Assembly (NCBI GenBank): GCA_973851085.1
Contig: OZ316775.1
Coordinates: 11,160,001 to 11,224,000 of the forward strand
DNA from: Ptychomitrium polyphyllum
Taxonomy: Eukaryota
Reading direction: 5' to 3'
DNA: 64,000 nt
The translations under genes were made by a program, and so were the position numbers. Of the stretch, positions 13,180 to 25,700 are shown one piece after another; position 1 is the first letter of the stretch, and every line of letters begins with the position of its first letter. The notes under the pieces are model-generated. The model saw only the letters and a program-made list of their open reading frames with translations, was not told where the DNA came from and made no database searches.

Positions 13180-16100
13180 ATGGGGCTGTTGGGAATGGTG
13201 TTCGGATTGCTCACTTCGTGGTTGGTCCTTCCGGATCTCCGACCTCTCTATTCCGAGATGGATTTCTTTCACAAACTCCTGTTTCTTGTAAGTCTTATAT
13301 CTCTTCTTACTGGTGATATTGGCCAGCTTCACCGTCAGAGATTCCCTGAAAGTAACTATTTTGATTATCAGTTGTGTTGCCAACTTATCATAACTTGTGT
13401 AATTCTATATATTGATGAAATCTACATCCTTCCTGCCAATAACCAATTGGCAATATTATCAACACGACTGGTATAATTTCTGGCACCTAGCTGGCTCCAG
13501 TGCCTTAACTCTCTCAGCGGTCAAACACTATTGTTGAGAGAGCATCATGTTTGGGGTCTAGGAACCTGTTATTATTTGTGAGGCACAAATCCAGCACAAA
13601 GTAGAACTTCACTGCTGAACCAGTGTTCTGTCTTCTCTAAGTACAAGACAGAGCATAAGTCTAGAATCTTCTCTCTTCACTGATGTTTTCTGTGAAGAAG
13701 AGATTTGGGAGCAGACCAGTTATAGATTCATAAGGATTTAGCTGATTTATTTGTGGTTCACTTGAATTCGCTCCTCAACTTCGATCACTAACATGTAACG
13801 TGGCTTCCAACACCCACGGACCGGGAATCAACAAACGAGGTGAATCAATCTAGAATTGTTTTAGAATTTGTTACCGAGATCTTAGAGTGAGTTTATTTTA
13901 TTCTCTACCTGTCTTGTTTGGCTTGAGCAGTTCATGCACATCTTCGACAGAGTCTGGAAATGGTACAATGCCCCTGTGTTTGTGGGACTGGTGTACCTGG
14001 AGATTCGACGAACGCTTCACCAGAAGTACAACCTCATCGCCGTTGAAATCGCCAGTTCCAGCCACCGTGTACCTGCTCCTCATCGATCCGAAGTTCTAAG
14101 TTACTGTAAACAATCACAAACGATATACGATCATGGTTCATCTGAAACTTCATACTCGGATGGGGAAAGCTTCTTCGGACGAAACATGGAGCCTCAACCG
14201 CAGAAAAATCAGGTCCACTCACACACACAACTCAATTTAACCAATCAATCAGCTTTCCATCTCTTATTAGTACTAGATTGATCCTCTGCCAAAATTTGCA
14301 ACCCTGTTTTGACAATGTTAGGTACTACTCTCCATTACATCAAACTCGATTAAGCAGTAAAAGGTATCATCTTCTTATAAATATGTTGGCGCAAACGACG
14401 AGAATAATTTCCAGCTAAGCAAGTCCAATGTGTTTCCTTAATTTTGATGCTTTGTATTTGCAAACGACTGGCAGTTCCCTACATGGGTTTGAGGACGTGA
14501 TGCCTACAGAAGGTGTACTAATGCAATGCGTTTGAGATGATGAGCACGTGAATCTGAGGATACGACTTTGAGTGTAGGATTTTTCATCATAACATGATTA
14601 GAATCGGTGGGTCTGTGTGTGCAGCTGCTAGATCCACATCCTTCGGTCGTTGCCGCAAAGCTGCTGAGCAGGACACAGCTGCAAGATGACGGCAAACAAT
14701 TCAACATGCTTGCCGCTGCATGGATCAACTTCATGATCCATGACTGGATCGACCACCTCGAAAATCTCACTGAGGTGCAATCTATCACTCATCATTCACT
14801 CCCTCCATATCGCAATGTGATGGCCTCCTGTTTGAAAGCATTTCAATTACTTATGCTTTACCGAGATCAATCACGAACCCCACATGCGCTTCTCAGTAAT
14901 GGAATAGTATCTCATTCCAATCTACATGAATCTGCTGCCAACAGAAGGTGGAGATCACGGCACCGTCGTCTGTAGCGGCGCAATGTCCATTGAAGAGCTT
15001 CAAATTCTACCCTACCAAGGAAATCCCTGCCGACAAGGGCGTAATCGGACACATCAACACTCGAACTCCTTGGTGGTATGCTTGATGCAAGCCTCACCAT
15101 GTGTGGATCGTTTTTGTGTAGATATTGGCAATTAGGTCGCATGTTATGGGAATGGTAAGAGAGGAATAGATTGATTGTTCAGGGTTATGGTTTGTTAAAG
15201 TTGATTGTTCGATCGGTATGTGGGAGCCAGGGATGCAAGCGTAATCTATGGGAGTACGAAGGAGGTGCAGCAAAGAGTGAGAACCTTTGAGAATGGGAAG
15301 TTGAAGATAAGGTCGGACGGCTGGCTGACGAGTGATAGCAACGGCCTCCCCGTTACTGGAGACATTCGGAATTTCTGGGTTGGTGTTTCCGCCATCCAGT
15401 CGCTCTTCATTGCGGAGCACAATGCCGTTTGTGATACGATCAAGGTGAGTTATCAATGATACTCTAGCGTCAAATTTTATTCAGATGTCTTGCGAGAGCT
15501 CAATTGCTACAACCAATTCTGTGCGATCATCACGTACTTGTTTGTGTCCAACTCTTGATTGCAGAAAGCGCATCCTGCCTTCAGCGATGAGGAGCTCTTC
15601 CAGCGTGCGAGGGTTGTCACCGCGGCGGTGTTGGCCAAGATTCATACTATTGACTGGACGCCGCAACTTCTGAAGAACAATGTCATGCTTGCAGCAATGC
15701 GAGCTAACTGGTAGGCTACTATCGTGTTCACAGTTGTTTGTGAATTCGGAGATGTGATTGACATTGCATGTTAGGGTTATGGTTCTACTTCCGCATGGGG
15801 ATCAATTTTGTTATGTTGAGATTCTGTTGCAGGTATGGATTGTTGGGAAAGCGGTTCAAAGACACGGTCGGGACCACGCCAATTTCGATCCTGAGTGGTT
15901 TGGTGGGGATGAAAGAACCGGTGGATCACGGCGTTCCCTACTCGCTTACGGAGGAGTTCACATCAGTATACCGCTTGCATCCCCTGTTGCCTGAGAAAAT
16001 TGATATCAAAAACATCAAATCGAGCGCCGTCAACTTGCACACACCTCCCACAGTCGAAGAGTAAGAATGCAACATTCATTACCCTCTGCTTGTAGTGTCG

Positions 16101-17105
16101 ATGATCAACTCTTTACTACAGTTACAAAAGTTTGTTCAGAATCGAGACCAAGAGAATTTGTTAAATTTTACGTAAGCAAATGACAGGATCCCAGTGCCTG
16201 CGCTGCTTGGATACGAGGGGAACGACAAGGCGTTAAGCCTGGGGTTGAAAACGCTCCTGACATCACTCGGCCATCAATCAGCCGGAGCACTGACATTGTT
16301 CAATTACCCGAAGTGGATGCGCGACATGACCGCTCAAGACACGAACGGCACCGACCGACCAGAGCGTGTGGACTTGGCCAGCCTTGAGAGTAAGTCACCT
16401 TGGGTTTCATCATGGCTTTTGTGAGAGTTAGCATTTGCTTGACAAGTGAGTTTGCGTGGTCTAGTACTCTTGTAATATGGATGATTTCCTTCTTTGCTGT
16501 GAATATAGTTTTTCGAGACCGAGAGCGATCTATTGCGCGCTACAACCAGTTCCGGCGGAGTTTGATGATGCCCACAATTAGAAAGTGGGAGGATCTGACA
16601 CAAGATAAGGAAACCCTGGCAATTATTCGTGAGCTCTATGGCAACAACGTTGAGAGTCTCGACTTACTGGTTGGCCTGCTCCTGGAGAAGAAGCCTCCTG
16701 GCTACGCCATCAGCGAGACTGCCTTCTTCATTTTCGTTATTATGGCTTCAAGGTACTCAATGAATCCTCCAGAACATCAACACCACCAGTTTTCTATATA
16801 CTGTCATTTAAGTGAATAAGTAGTCAAAAAACTTAATGAAAGTGCCGGTTGGTCCAATGTGCAGGCGGTTGGAAGCCGATCCACTATTTACGAAGAATTT
16901 CAACGAGGAGGTGTATACCAGGGAGGGGTTCAAGTGGGTGAATACCACCGAGGGCCTCAAGGACGTCCTGCGTCGCCACCATCCTGAGCTTGTGGGAGAC
17001 TGGATGACCTCCACTTCAGCATTCTCGGTGTGGAATCAGGTCCCAGAGCCGCCACATTCTGTCCCTCTTTATCTTCGGTGGGGCGCAGGTTCACCAAGCG
17101 CTTAA
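13180..17105 (+). CDS. alpha-DOX: Alpha-dioxygenase (fatty acid alpha-DOX/PIOX, heme peroxidase-cyclooxygenase family), 10 exons: 13180-13287, 13931-14212, 14625-14774, 14945/14948-15075, 15231-15444, 15565-15710, 15833-16060, 16187-16389, 16509-16752, 16865-17105
   Basis: Motifs PVFVGLVYLEIRR, FFGRNM, NMLAAAWINFMIHDWIDH (distal His), NTRTPWWDAS, EHNAVCD, KIHTIDWT, SLTEEFTSVYRLHPLLP (catalytic Tyr and proximal His), RDRER, ISETAFFIF..MASRRLEAD. Splice phases are consistent throughout. Confidence 0.95.
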
Positions 17106-18209
17106 GTGATCAGCTGAAACCTACTCTCCATGACTCTTAGTAATTCTTTTCAAAATGATTAGCTTCCAACTTGTAAAAATATGCCAAGGAAGTTCACATC
17201 TCTACGATCTTAGGTTCCATATGATGACTTGGGTGCAGTGTTTGGTTAGATGTTATCAGAATATATTCCTGTATAATCTGATCTATCTAATGGATATTTT
17301 CTTGGCCCTTGGTGTACAAATGCGGTGTGCTAGTATAATGAACCGTGTGTGTGAGCTTTCATCTCTAGCTGCTGCCGTTGTAGGAGATGACTCGTTGTTA
17401 AACTCTGAGTGTCTGCGTCTTGCTCCACTTCACTGGCAACTTCACTGCCTGGCACAGATTGATGACTAAACTGTTTGACATATCTTTATGCAAGCCCGAC
17501 TGTCTGTAAGTTCACTTTAACAGTATCTTTAAATACTCACGTCAACTCTAAACCTCAGACCGAAGGTTGTCAAGTTCTTGAGCATATGAGGTACCTTCGC
17601 CTTCCCAATGTCACACCGTGGTAAGAATTTTATTTCAAATACTATATGTCGAAACTGGTGTGAAAGTAGTGCCATTTACATGTGAATACATTGTTTTTGG
17701 AAAAAACTCTTTGGGATTGCAATGCTTATACTTGCAGGGTTATAGAAGGTTGCCAATGACTATATAATCCTCAATACAAGACAGAGCTCATCTGGAGCTT
17801 TCTCTATGTATGTCACAATCAACTAGCAATATTTTCAAATCTTTTTGCAGCTTTTGAGGCAAAGTTGTATTGTCTGTATTAGAAATGAACATATGACTGT
17901 TGGATTGCTAGTTGGGTACTAAGATAGTTCAGGGGAGTGAACCATGTGAGTGTTGGGTGTCCGACTGTGTCTTTCGTCTATTTGGTTCACAAAAGGCTTT
18001 TCAAAATTCTTTTGCATGGGCTTTCGCAAGAATCAGGGACTTGAATTTTTCCTTCATTCAGTCTCCTAATAACTTTTTCTCTATGATCAATAATCATTAT
18101 AGATAGTCATATTTGAAGGCATACTCGAATCCCACAAGAAACCTTGAGGGCATATTTGTACAATGTGACGCAGAACCCATCTGGGATTCATCACCTATGA
18201 ATACCAAGT

Positions 18210-18689
18210 CTACTTTACTAGAGACTTCACTTTCCAGTTATTAATGAAGACCCAGTTTGATAGCCCTCCTTGCCCTAAAGCAGGAGAGGCCGTGTAGAAT
18301 CCCTCCTTGGTGACTTTATACAAGCACTTGAATCTCCCATCACCACAATTTTTGGCAGGATCAGTTTGGACCTTCGCCTCTTCCCACACAGGAAACCCCT
18401 GTGTCTTGTTCAATTCCCACACGAAAGAGCAAGAATACATGGTTGTTCCATCTGGATTTTGGTAAAAGGTGAAGATATAATCGGTATCATGGGGCACTTC
18501 CTGTCGCATTAAGTCTGTGAATTGATCATGGCAATGGACTGATATTGGCTCCCCCACGTAGTTCCAGATTGTGACTGATGAGAGAGGTGCACCTTGAGCT
18601 ATGACAATTAATCTGTCAACGCAGGCTGTGGTGAATGCTATACTCAAGCATGACCAGAATGTCTTCATTAACTCTCTGCGTAAATCCAT
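18210..18689 (-). CDS. S-protein homologue (SPH; plant self-incompatibility S1 family) secreted protein, 159 aa
   Basis: Hydrophobic N-terminus, then VTIWN..ISVHC..DL..Y.FTF..TT.YSCSF.W..C..CLYKVTKEGFY, the SPH consensus with 4 mature-domain Cys. Confidence 0.8.
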   Translation of the reverse strand: MDLRRELMKTFWSCLSIAFTTACVDRLIVIAQGAPLSSVTIWNYVGEPISVHCHDQFTDLMRQEVPHDTDYIFTFYQNPDGTTMYSCSFVWELNKTQGFPVWEEAKVQTDPAKNCGDGRFKCLYKVTKEGFYTASPALGQGGLSNWVFINNWKVKSLVK

Positions 18690-21600
18690 TTGTGATCTTT
18701 AAACTGACAAGTTGCAAGTAATTTCTTTTATTTTGGATCAACCTCTTTGAAGGAACTTCAGAGTGTGGAATTGATCAATTTTGTTACTGTTACTTGCTGG
18801 CAGGTCGAAGGATGCGGAGCAGCTTCAAGTGTGACACGACAGGAAATTACTTAGGATCACAGATTAAGAATACCTCTATGTTCCTTGACGTTGGTTTTGA
18901 ACAGAAAGAAGTAAATACCGCAGAACCAAACAGTAAAAGTGACGTTTATCATGTTCTGTTTAGTATTTGCAGCGAACATGAAATCCTATATGACAACCTA
19001 GAGAATAAAATGTTTTGGCACGTCCCTCACGAAATCTTCACCTCATGACATGATCACTCTGTCCATCCTCAGTTCATGTATGACCCCAGACGACGTACAA
19101 TGCAGGTTTAGATCGGCAGGCAGAGACCACCCTGAACAATCAGAATGGCTTCTAGCAACGAAAGGGCCCTGCTGTTGCAACGCAAATGGTATATTCAAAT
19201 GCTATGATATAGTATTTAGATCTGGTACACTGTAGCAGAGGACTAGATCGGATTTGAATGAGTGCAAGCTTCAACTCTGGGTCACTTGTGAACGAATACA
19301 TATATACTCACAAGTGATTCCTCCTGAGGACAGCTCCTCCTTTCATCATGGCAGCTATCACAGTGCGGCAAGTCCTCACCAACTTCAGTCCCACCACCAT
19401 CAACAACCTTGTTTGTACATGCGCGCGTGTCCAGAACTCACGTACTGGGCCTCACTTTGGGACAAAGATAATGCTCAAATCCATGGGACAATGAAGGCCT
19501 AGTTCGGACTTTCGGAACTTCGGGAATGCACATGAAAGCACTGAAAAAATATATGTACCATTACTAGTGCAGTGGGGGGCAATCTCAAATGGGAATCAAA
19601 ACGTTCGGAAACTTTTTCCAGATTGGATCTGCCGCATGGTCCTTTCCAGTGTACTACTTTTCATCATGTAATGTAAGAGAATTCCTACAATATATACATA
19701 GATGAAGCTATGTGTCTTTAAAATGTAGCTCCAATGAAGGCATATGGCTCAAGTGTACCAAGGAAAAATACTTTGTTCATGGTGACTTCTTTAGAGTTAT
19801 TGATGATCTTCATTTTTCTCGTTTCTTTGCACTATTAAGACCAATGAACATAACATCCTTTTGCAATCATATTCAATGTAATAAACAACAAAACAACTAT
19901 ACATTTTCTTGACGATGTAGTTTGGTGAGATCTGTTTAAGCTTAAAATTCTAGAAATTTTCTATATTGTTTGACGTAAGTAGGAATTGCTTGAAGAATAC
20001 TATCCAAAATCTAACAAAGCCTTGATAGATGTTTGAAACTGTACTATTCAAAAAGAATTAACTCATTAGATATGCTTGAATATATTAATTTTTTTACAAT
20101 AACAATTGAAGATGATAGTTTTCATTCTTAAAAGTACAAATTGTGCTCATTACAATGCAATATAATACAATGGATGAAACTGTGTTAATTGTAAAAATGA
20201 TATGATTTGATGGTAACTATCTCTTCTATACAATATGATGAGAAATTAGGATTTTAACATAAATTAATGCAATCTTTATTTTCAAAATGCTTTTTTGAAA
20301 ATAACGTGATAATTTAGCAAAGCTCACAAGATGAAGATAATGTAGATAAAATAGTGTGGACTACGTGCATATTACTTTTAAGTACTCAAAAATTCAAAAT
20401 TAAACCTTCTTCAAGTTGAGGCAAGGGCCAAATTTGCTTTCTCCTAATGCATGTATATTCAAAGTTTTAAGTCAAAAACTTTATTTCATTGTAATAATAT
20501 AGGCAACTAATTTTATTTTTATTATGGTCTAGTATTTATTGCCCAAAATATGTATTTATATTGCATTCTATGCACTTTAATTCTATTTAGTTTAAATTAC
20601 TACATAAAAAAATCCTAGTTTTTTCTTGCTCTGATAGCCATAGCATTAGAACTCCACAATATCTACAATATTTGTAGATTTTATTAAAAAAATATAAATT
20701 GACCTTAAACAATGTTAATTTGGAGCACAATAATAATTTTAAGCATGAATCTCTTACATATTCTTATGTTGAAAGTTACCAAAAAGGTCTTCATATTATG
20801 AAGAATAACTAAAGCCAATGAAAAAATAATAGGCAATAACATTAGAATTTCAGAATCAAAACATCATTTAAGAAAATCTGAATTAAATGCCAAATTACTT
20901 TGATCAAAAATACTATTAAAATCTTATGCTATAAGTATAAGTCTATCACACTACACATTAAAATCTTTTGTTTCTAAGATTTGGCAAAATATATTAATAA
21001 AATACAATTTATATAAATATTTCTTTTATAAATCATACCCTTAATACTTTGCTAACATAAATTAATCATTTTATTTATCAAAGTTTTAACATTTTTGCAA
21101 TAACGTCCATGCAAGGTTTGAAGCTTATTTAAATAAAGATTTAAATCTTGCTTCCGTTGCATTTATATGATTTTTTTAGCAATGGAAATCATTAGCTTTA
21201 TGCATGAAGTAATATATTGACCCATTTGTACCTGCTTAATTGAAAAATGGCCCATTTAATTTGAGTGCAATATGCTTTTAAGTATTAAACTTGGCTTATT
21301 CTTTTTTCTTTAAGCTACTTGCATTTTAAACAACTACTGAATTTCAAATTGTTGATGCTAAGGAATTAAACTTCAAGCACATTTTATTTTGGCATTATTT
21401 ATGTTTTTTAATAATTGCATAATTGTAAAACTTTGAAAATGCTTAAAAAAATCCTTCATTGCCAAAGAATTGATTTCCAAGCACTTTTAACTTTAGCCCA
21501 ATATTGTAAGTTAAATTTATTTTTCTATTCTTTTCATTCTAACAATTTAAGAATTGGGAAAAAAAATAAATTTTGGAATCAAGAAATATTTTTTTTTAGC

Positions 21601-21964
21601 AAACTAATATTTAAAAAACTTATAAGCATTTGGAAAAAATGTATTATTAGCTTTAAAAAGGTATTTTTTAAATACTTATCAATTTCACTTCATAGCCTAT
21701 TGTAATGATACGTTGCAACTTCCTTTTATTTCGAGATTACGCTAGATAATAAATCCTTAATATCAAGAAATTATATTTTAAGTTTTTTTTATAAATAACA
21801 TGGAAGTAAGGTAGTTAAGGTAAGTGGAGCTATACCTAAGCTATATCTTCTTAAGCTTTTTAAGAACCTTCTTTAGAAGTATCCTAGGAGATATAAGTGT
21901 CATAGTATAAATAGGAAGCAAGGTATTCTTTAGTCTTGCCAACACAAGTTGTGGATCATCTTAA

Positions 21965-22710
21965 ATCCTGCCTTGTTCTAGTATTTATATCAAGTCCTTA
22001 TTAATCATTAGCTCTTTGGAAGTTAATTCTTGGGAAACACTTTGTTTCTACTTCTTGTTTTTTTTTTTTTACTTTATTGAAGCCTCGATAGTCCATGCAC
22101 ATACGTAATGATCCATCTTTTTTCTTTACAAATAGAATGGGTGCTCCAACCGGTGATTTAGACTGTTGAAAAAAATTCTTTCCCAAATTTTCATTTATAT
22201 ATATTCTCAAAAGATAGTCAACTTGGTTTGTGATAAGTTATAAATAGGTCCAAAAGGTGGTTGGGCTCCTTCTTGCAATACAATGGTACAATTGTAAGGC
22301 CGGTGCTTTGATCATATGTCCGCATTCTTCTTTTCAAAAACATCTTTATAATCTTGGTATTGATGAGGTATGTTCTAATTAGTCTCTATTATAAAGCTGG
22401 ACATTGTTGTGGCATAAATGACATAGATTGGTTCATCCTTTGCCGCTCTCATAAATGCCTTAGCTCCAATAAATGATGGTCCAGGATTTCTTGTACCTTA
22501 ACGTCTTTTTCTTGAGACTACACTCCGTGAATGCCACTCAATGTCTAGATTATGGAATCCAAACCAAAGAGGGATCAAAACAATAGGATTTGTTCGGCAC
22601 TAAATGATGTTGAAGACAATCTTAGATGTCTGGTCCCCTAAAACAACCTCCAAGGGTTGAGTTTCTTCAATAACATTGTCAGGTGCAAGAAATTGTCCAT
22701 CAATAACTTC
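21965..22710 (-). mobile_element. Inverted Ty3/gypsy fragment: protease C-terminus and RT N-terminus fused to an LTR fragment
   Basis: Minus strand reads EVIDGQFL..PIVL (protease region) and [30 protein letters not shown] (RT). 21965-22060 is a diverged reverse complement of 27447-27542. Confidence 0.85.
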
Positions 22711-22724
22711 AAGAAGAACGAGGT

Positions 22725-25700
22725 AAGATCAAGATTGATCTTAAGAGAACCTACAATTTTGTACGCATTAAAGAAACAGACGAATGGAAGACAATCTTTT
22801 GATTTAGATATGGCCATTTTGAATACAATGTCATGTCTTTTGGCCTTACTTGTCGCAACCCTTATAATGTACTTTAGCAAGCGTCACGCGCATCGACTCT
22901 GTACACCCCCACATGCACATGGTTAATCCCCATTCTCACTCTTTAAGTTTTTCTACCATTTCTCTTAGGACATCCAATTGATTGGTAGCCAATGGTTTGG
23001 TGTGGACTTCCATACATATCCAAGGCCTCACTTGGTATTACTCCCATTCCACACGGCCTAACTGCACTTAGTGGTGTCTCTTCACCACTACTCATGATCC
23101 CCATGTGATCCTAAGATCACCCCGGCCTATCATGGTGCCGACGTGAAGACACCACCCCAACTTAGTGGTAACAAGCGTGCCCTCTTGATCTCACTAGTTT
23201 CCTTTGTGAAACCGGTTGTTACCGACTCACAATAGTGTGGAAGTCCCCATGGTGAAGCCCCAATACTAGCTCCACCAACCGGGACTCCCTTTTGATTCCT
23301 ACCGGGACACTAGGGGAGTGGGAAGGAAGAGCAGCCCTCCTTTATAGTACTCTCTGTGGGATTCGGCAGGCCCAGTGGTCCTCTGTAGCTGGCTGAATCC
23401 CGACACACCCAAAGTTTTGGAAGACCACCCGATCTCCGTTGGAACTTAGCCGTTGGAAGCCTCCGGAACTCCCTATGGACCTTCAAGGAGCCATATCTTT
23501 CTTGTCCGGTGCCCAAATGTATCAAGCAATCACTTTACCGTCATCTACTCTTTGCGTAGATGCTGATAGACTCCTCAAATATCCAATTTGAGATAGTATT
23601 GTGGGAGATATGCCTCTCCTAAGGTTCGGGACTCCCGGGGGTCCCTCCCTAGACTGTCTCAGTCCAGTATAGTCACTGTGTAGGGCAGCCACAGTCTAGA
23701 ATAGCCCCTTGGCAACTCCAACTTTGGAATGCCATAACTTTGAGCTCCCTTGTCCGATTCGAGTAATCTTTAGCATTCTAAAATCAGCTCTTTGTGATTC
23801 CTCCAATGCCCACGATTTATCCTTCATGGCCCTTGGTCTACATGAGCAAGGATGTTTTTCTCCTTCGGGATCCTTCTCATGCTAAGTTCACTCGGTTCCT
23901 TTCACAATTGGCACCACAAGTCCCGGACGTCACTCTAGGGTCCCCCTTGTGCCCTTAGTGTTGCGGGCACTCCTCAAGGAAAGGTGCGCGACATTACTAA
24001 TGCCCCTACAGTATTTCAACACATAATGAATGAAATCTTTTATGAATACTTAGACAATTTTGTAGTTATCTACTTGGATGGCAATTTGATATATTCAAAG
24101 GATGAAAAAGAGGATGAATGTCATGTACAAGTGGTCTTAAAAATATTACGCCAGAAAGGATTATATGCCAAATTGGAGAAGTGCCTTTCCATGTATTCTT
24201 GGTTGAATTTTTAAGATATATCATCTCTAAAGGAGAAATCTATATGGATGAGAAGAAAATAAGCATTATCATGAAGTAGAGTATGCTAAGATCAATTCAA
24301 GATATTCAATGCTTCTTAAATTTTACAAACTTCTACAAGATATTTATCAAGGACTATTCCAAAATTACGGCACCACTAACACGACTTACGGAAAAGCAAA
24401 AATTCACTTAGAATAAAGAGGCAGAAAGAACATTTCAAAGTCTTTTAAATCATTCAATCCACTTCAACTTTTATTCATTCAAATTCATTAAAGCCTTTCT
24501 ATTTGGAAGCGGGTGCCTTAGATTTTGCACTTGACTGAATACTCTCACAATATGATGAAGATGGGAGATTCCATCTTATTGCTTTTTGTTTAAGGAAGTT
24601 CTCAGTGGCAAAGATCAATTATGATATACATAATAAGGATTTATTTATAATTGTGAATGCGTTTGAGGAATGGCGGCATTTATTAAAAGGAGTTCAACAG
24701 ACCATCACAATATACACAGACCACAAGAACTTAGAGTATTTCATTAGTGCGCATTCTGAATTGTCATCAAACAAGGTGGAGTATGTCGCTTTCCAGATTT
24801 GATTTTGTCATAACCTATCGACCTAGTAGCTTACAAGATAAGCCAAATGCCTTATTTTGAAGATTTTATTTAACTCTTGAATATGGAGATGATGTTTTGG
24901 ACCAATAAAGGACTAATTTATTAAAGCTACAAAAATCTTCAATTAAAAGCAACAATTATTACTACAACATTCCATCTTGACAAAATTTGGAGGGCTTGAA
25001 AGAATGATGTCTTTGTTTCAAATATAAAAAAGTGCTTTAAAGACAATGGAGATCTTTTAAATAACAAAGATTAAATAACAAAGAAGACTTTGAATTCCAA
25101 AAGGACCCATTGTATTATAAAGGACTTTTGTATCTACCTCTTGATCCTATGCAATTGAAGATCTTTCAAGCATGTCATGATTTTTTAGCAACAAAGCATT
25201 CTGGATTCAATAAAACAATGGAATTGATTGCTAGAGATTGTTAGTGGCCACAAATGTGGAAATATATGAAGTACTTTGTTCAATCATGCAACACTTGTGT
25301 AAAGGCCAAAGTACCAAGACACCCATCTCATAGTCTCCTCCATCCACTTCCAGTGCCCAAGGGTCCATGGTTGTTAATGTCAATGGATTTTATTACGAAC
25401 CTTCTAAAATCTGATTTTAAAGTTTTTATCTTAATAGTGGTGGACTGATTTACTAAGATAGTGCAGTTCATTCCAAATAACAAGATGATAACATGAAAAG
25501 AAACTATCAAATTATTCTTAAATCATATCTACCGCATATATGGACTACCAAACAATATTGTATCTGATCGAAGGCTGCAATTTATTTCCAACTTTTGAAA
25601 GACTCTATTTTAGCTGTTGCGCTTAAAGATCAATCTTTTTTTAGTATACTATGTGCAGGTTGATGGTCAAACCAAACTTGCAAATCAAATTTTGGAGCAG

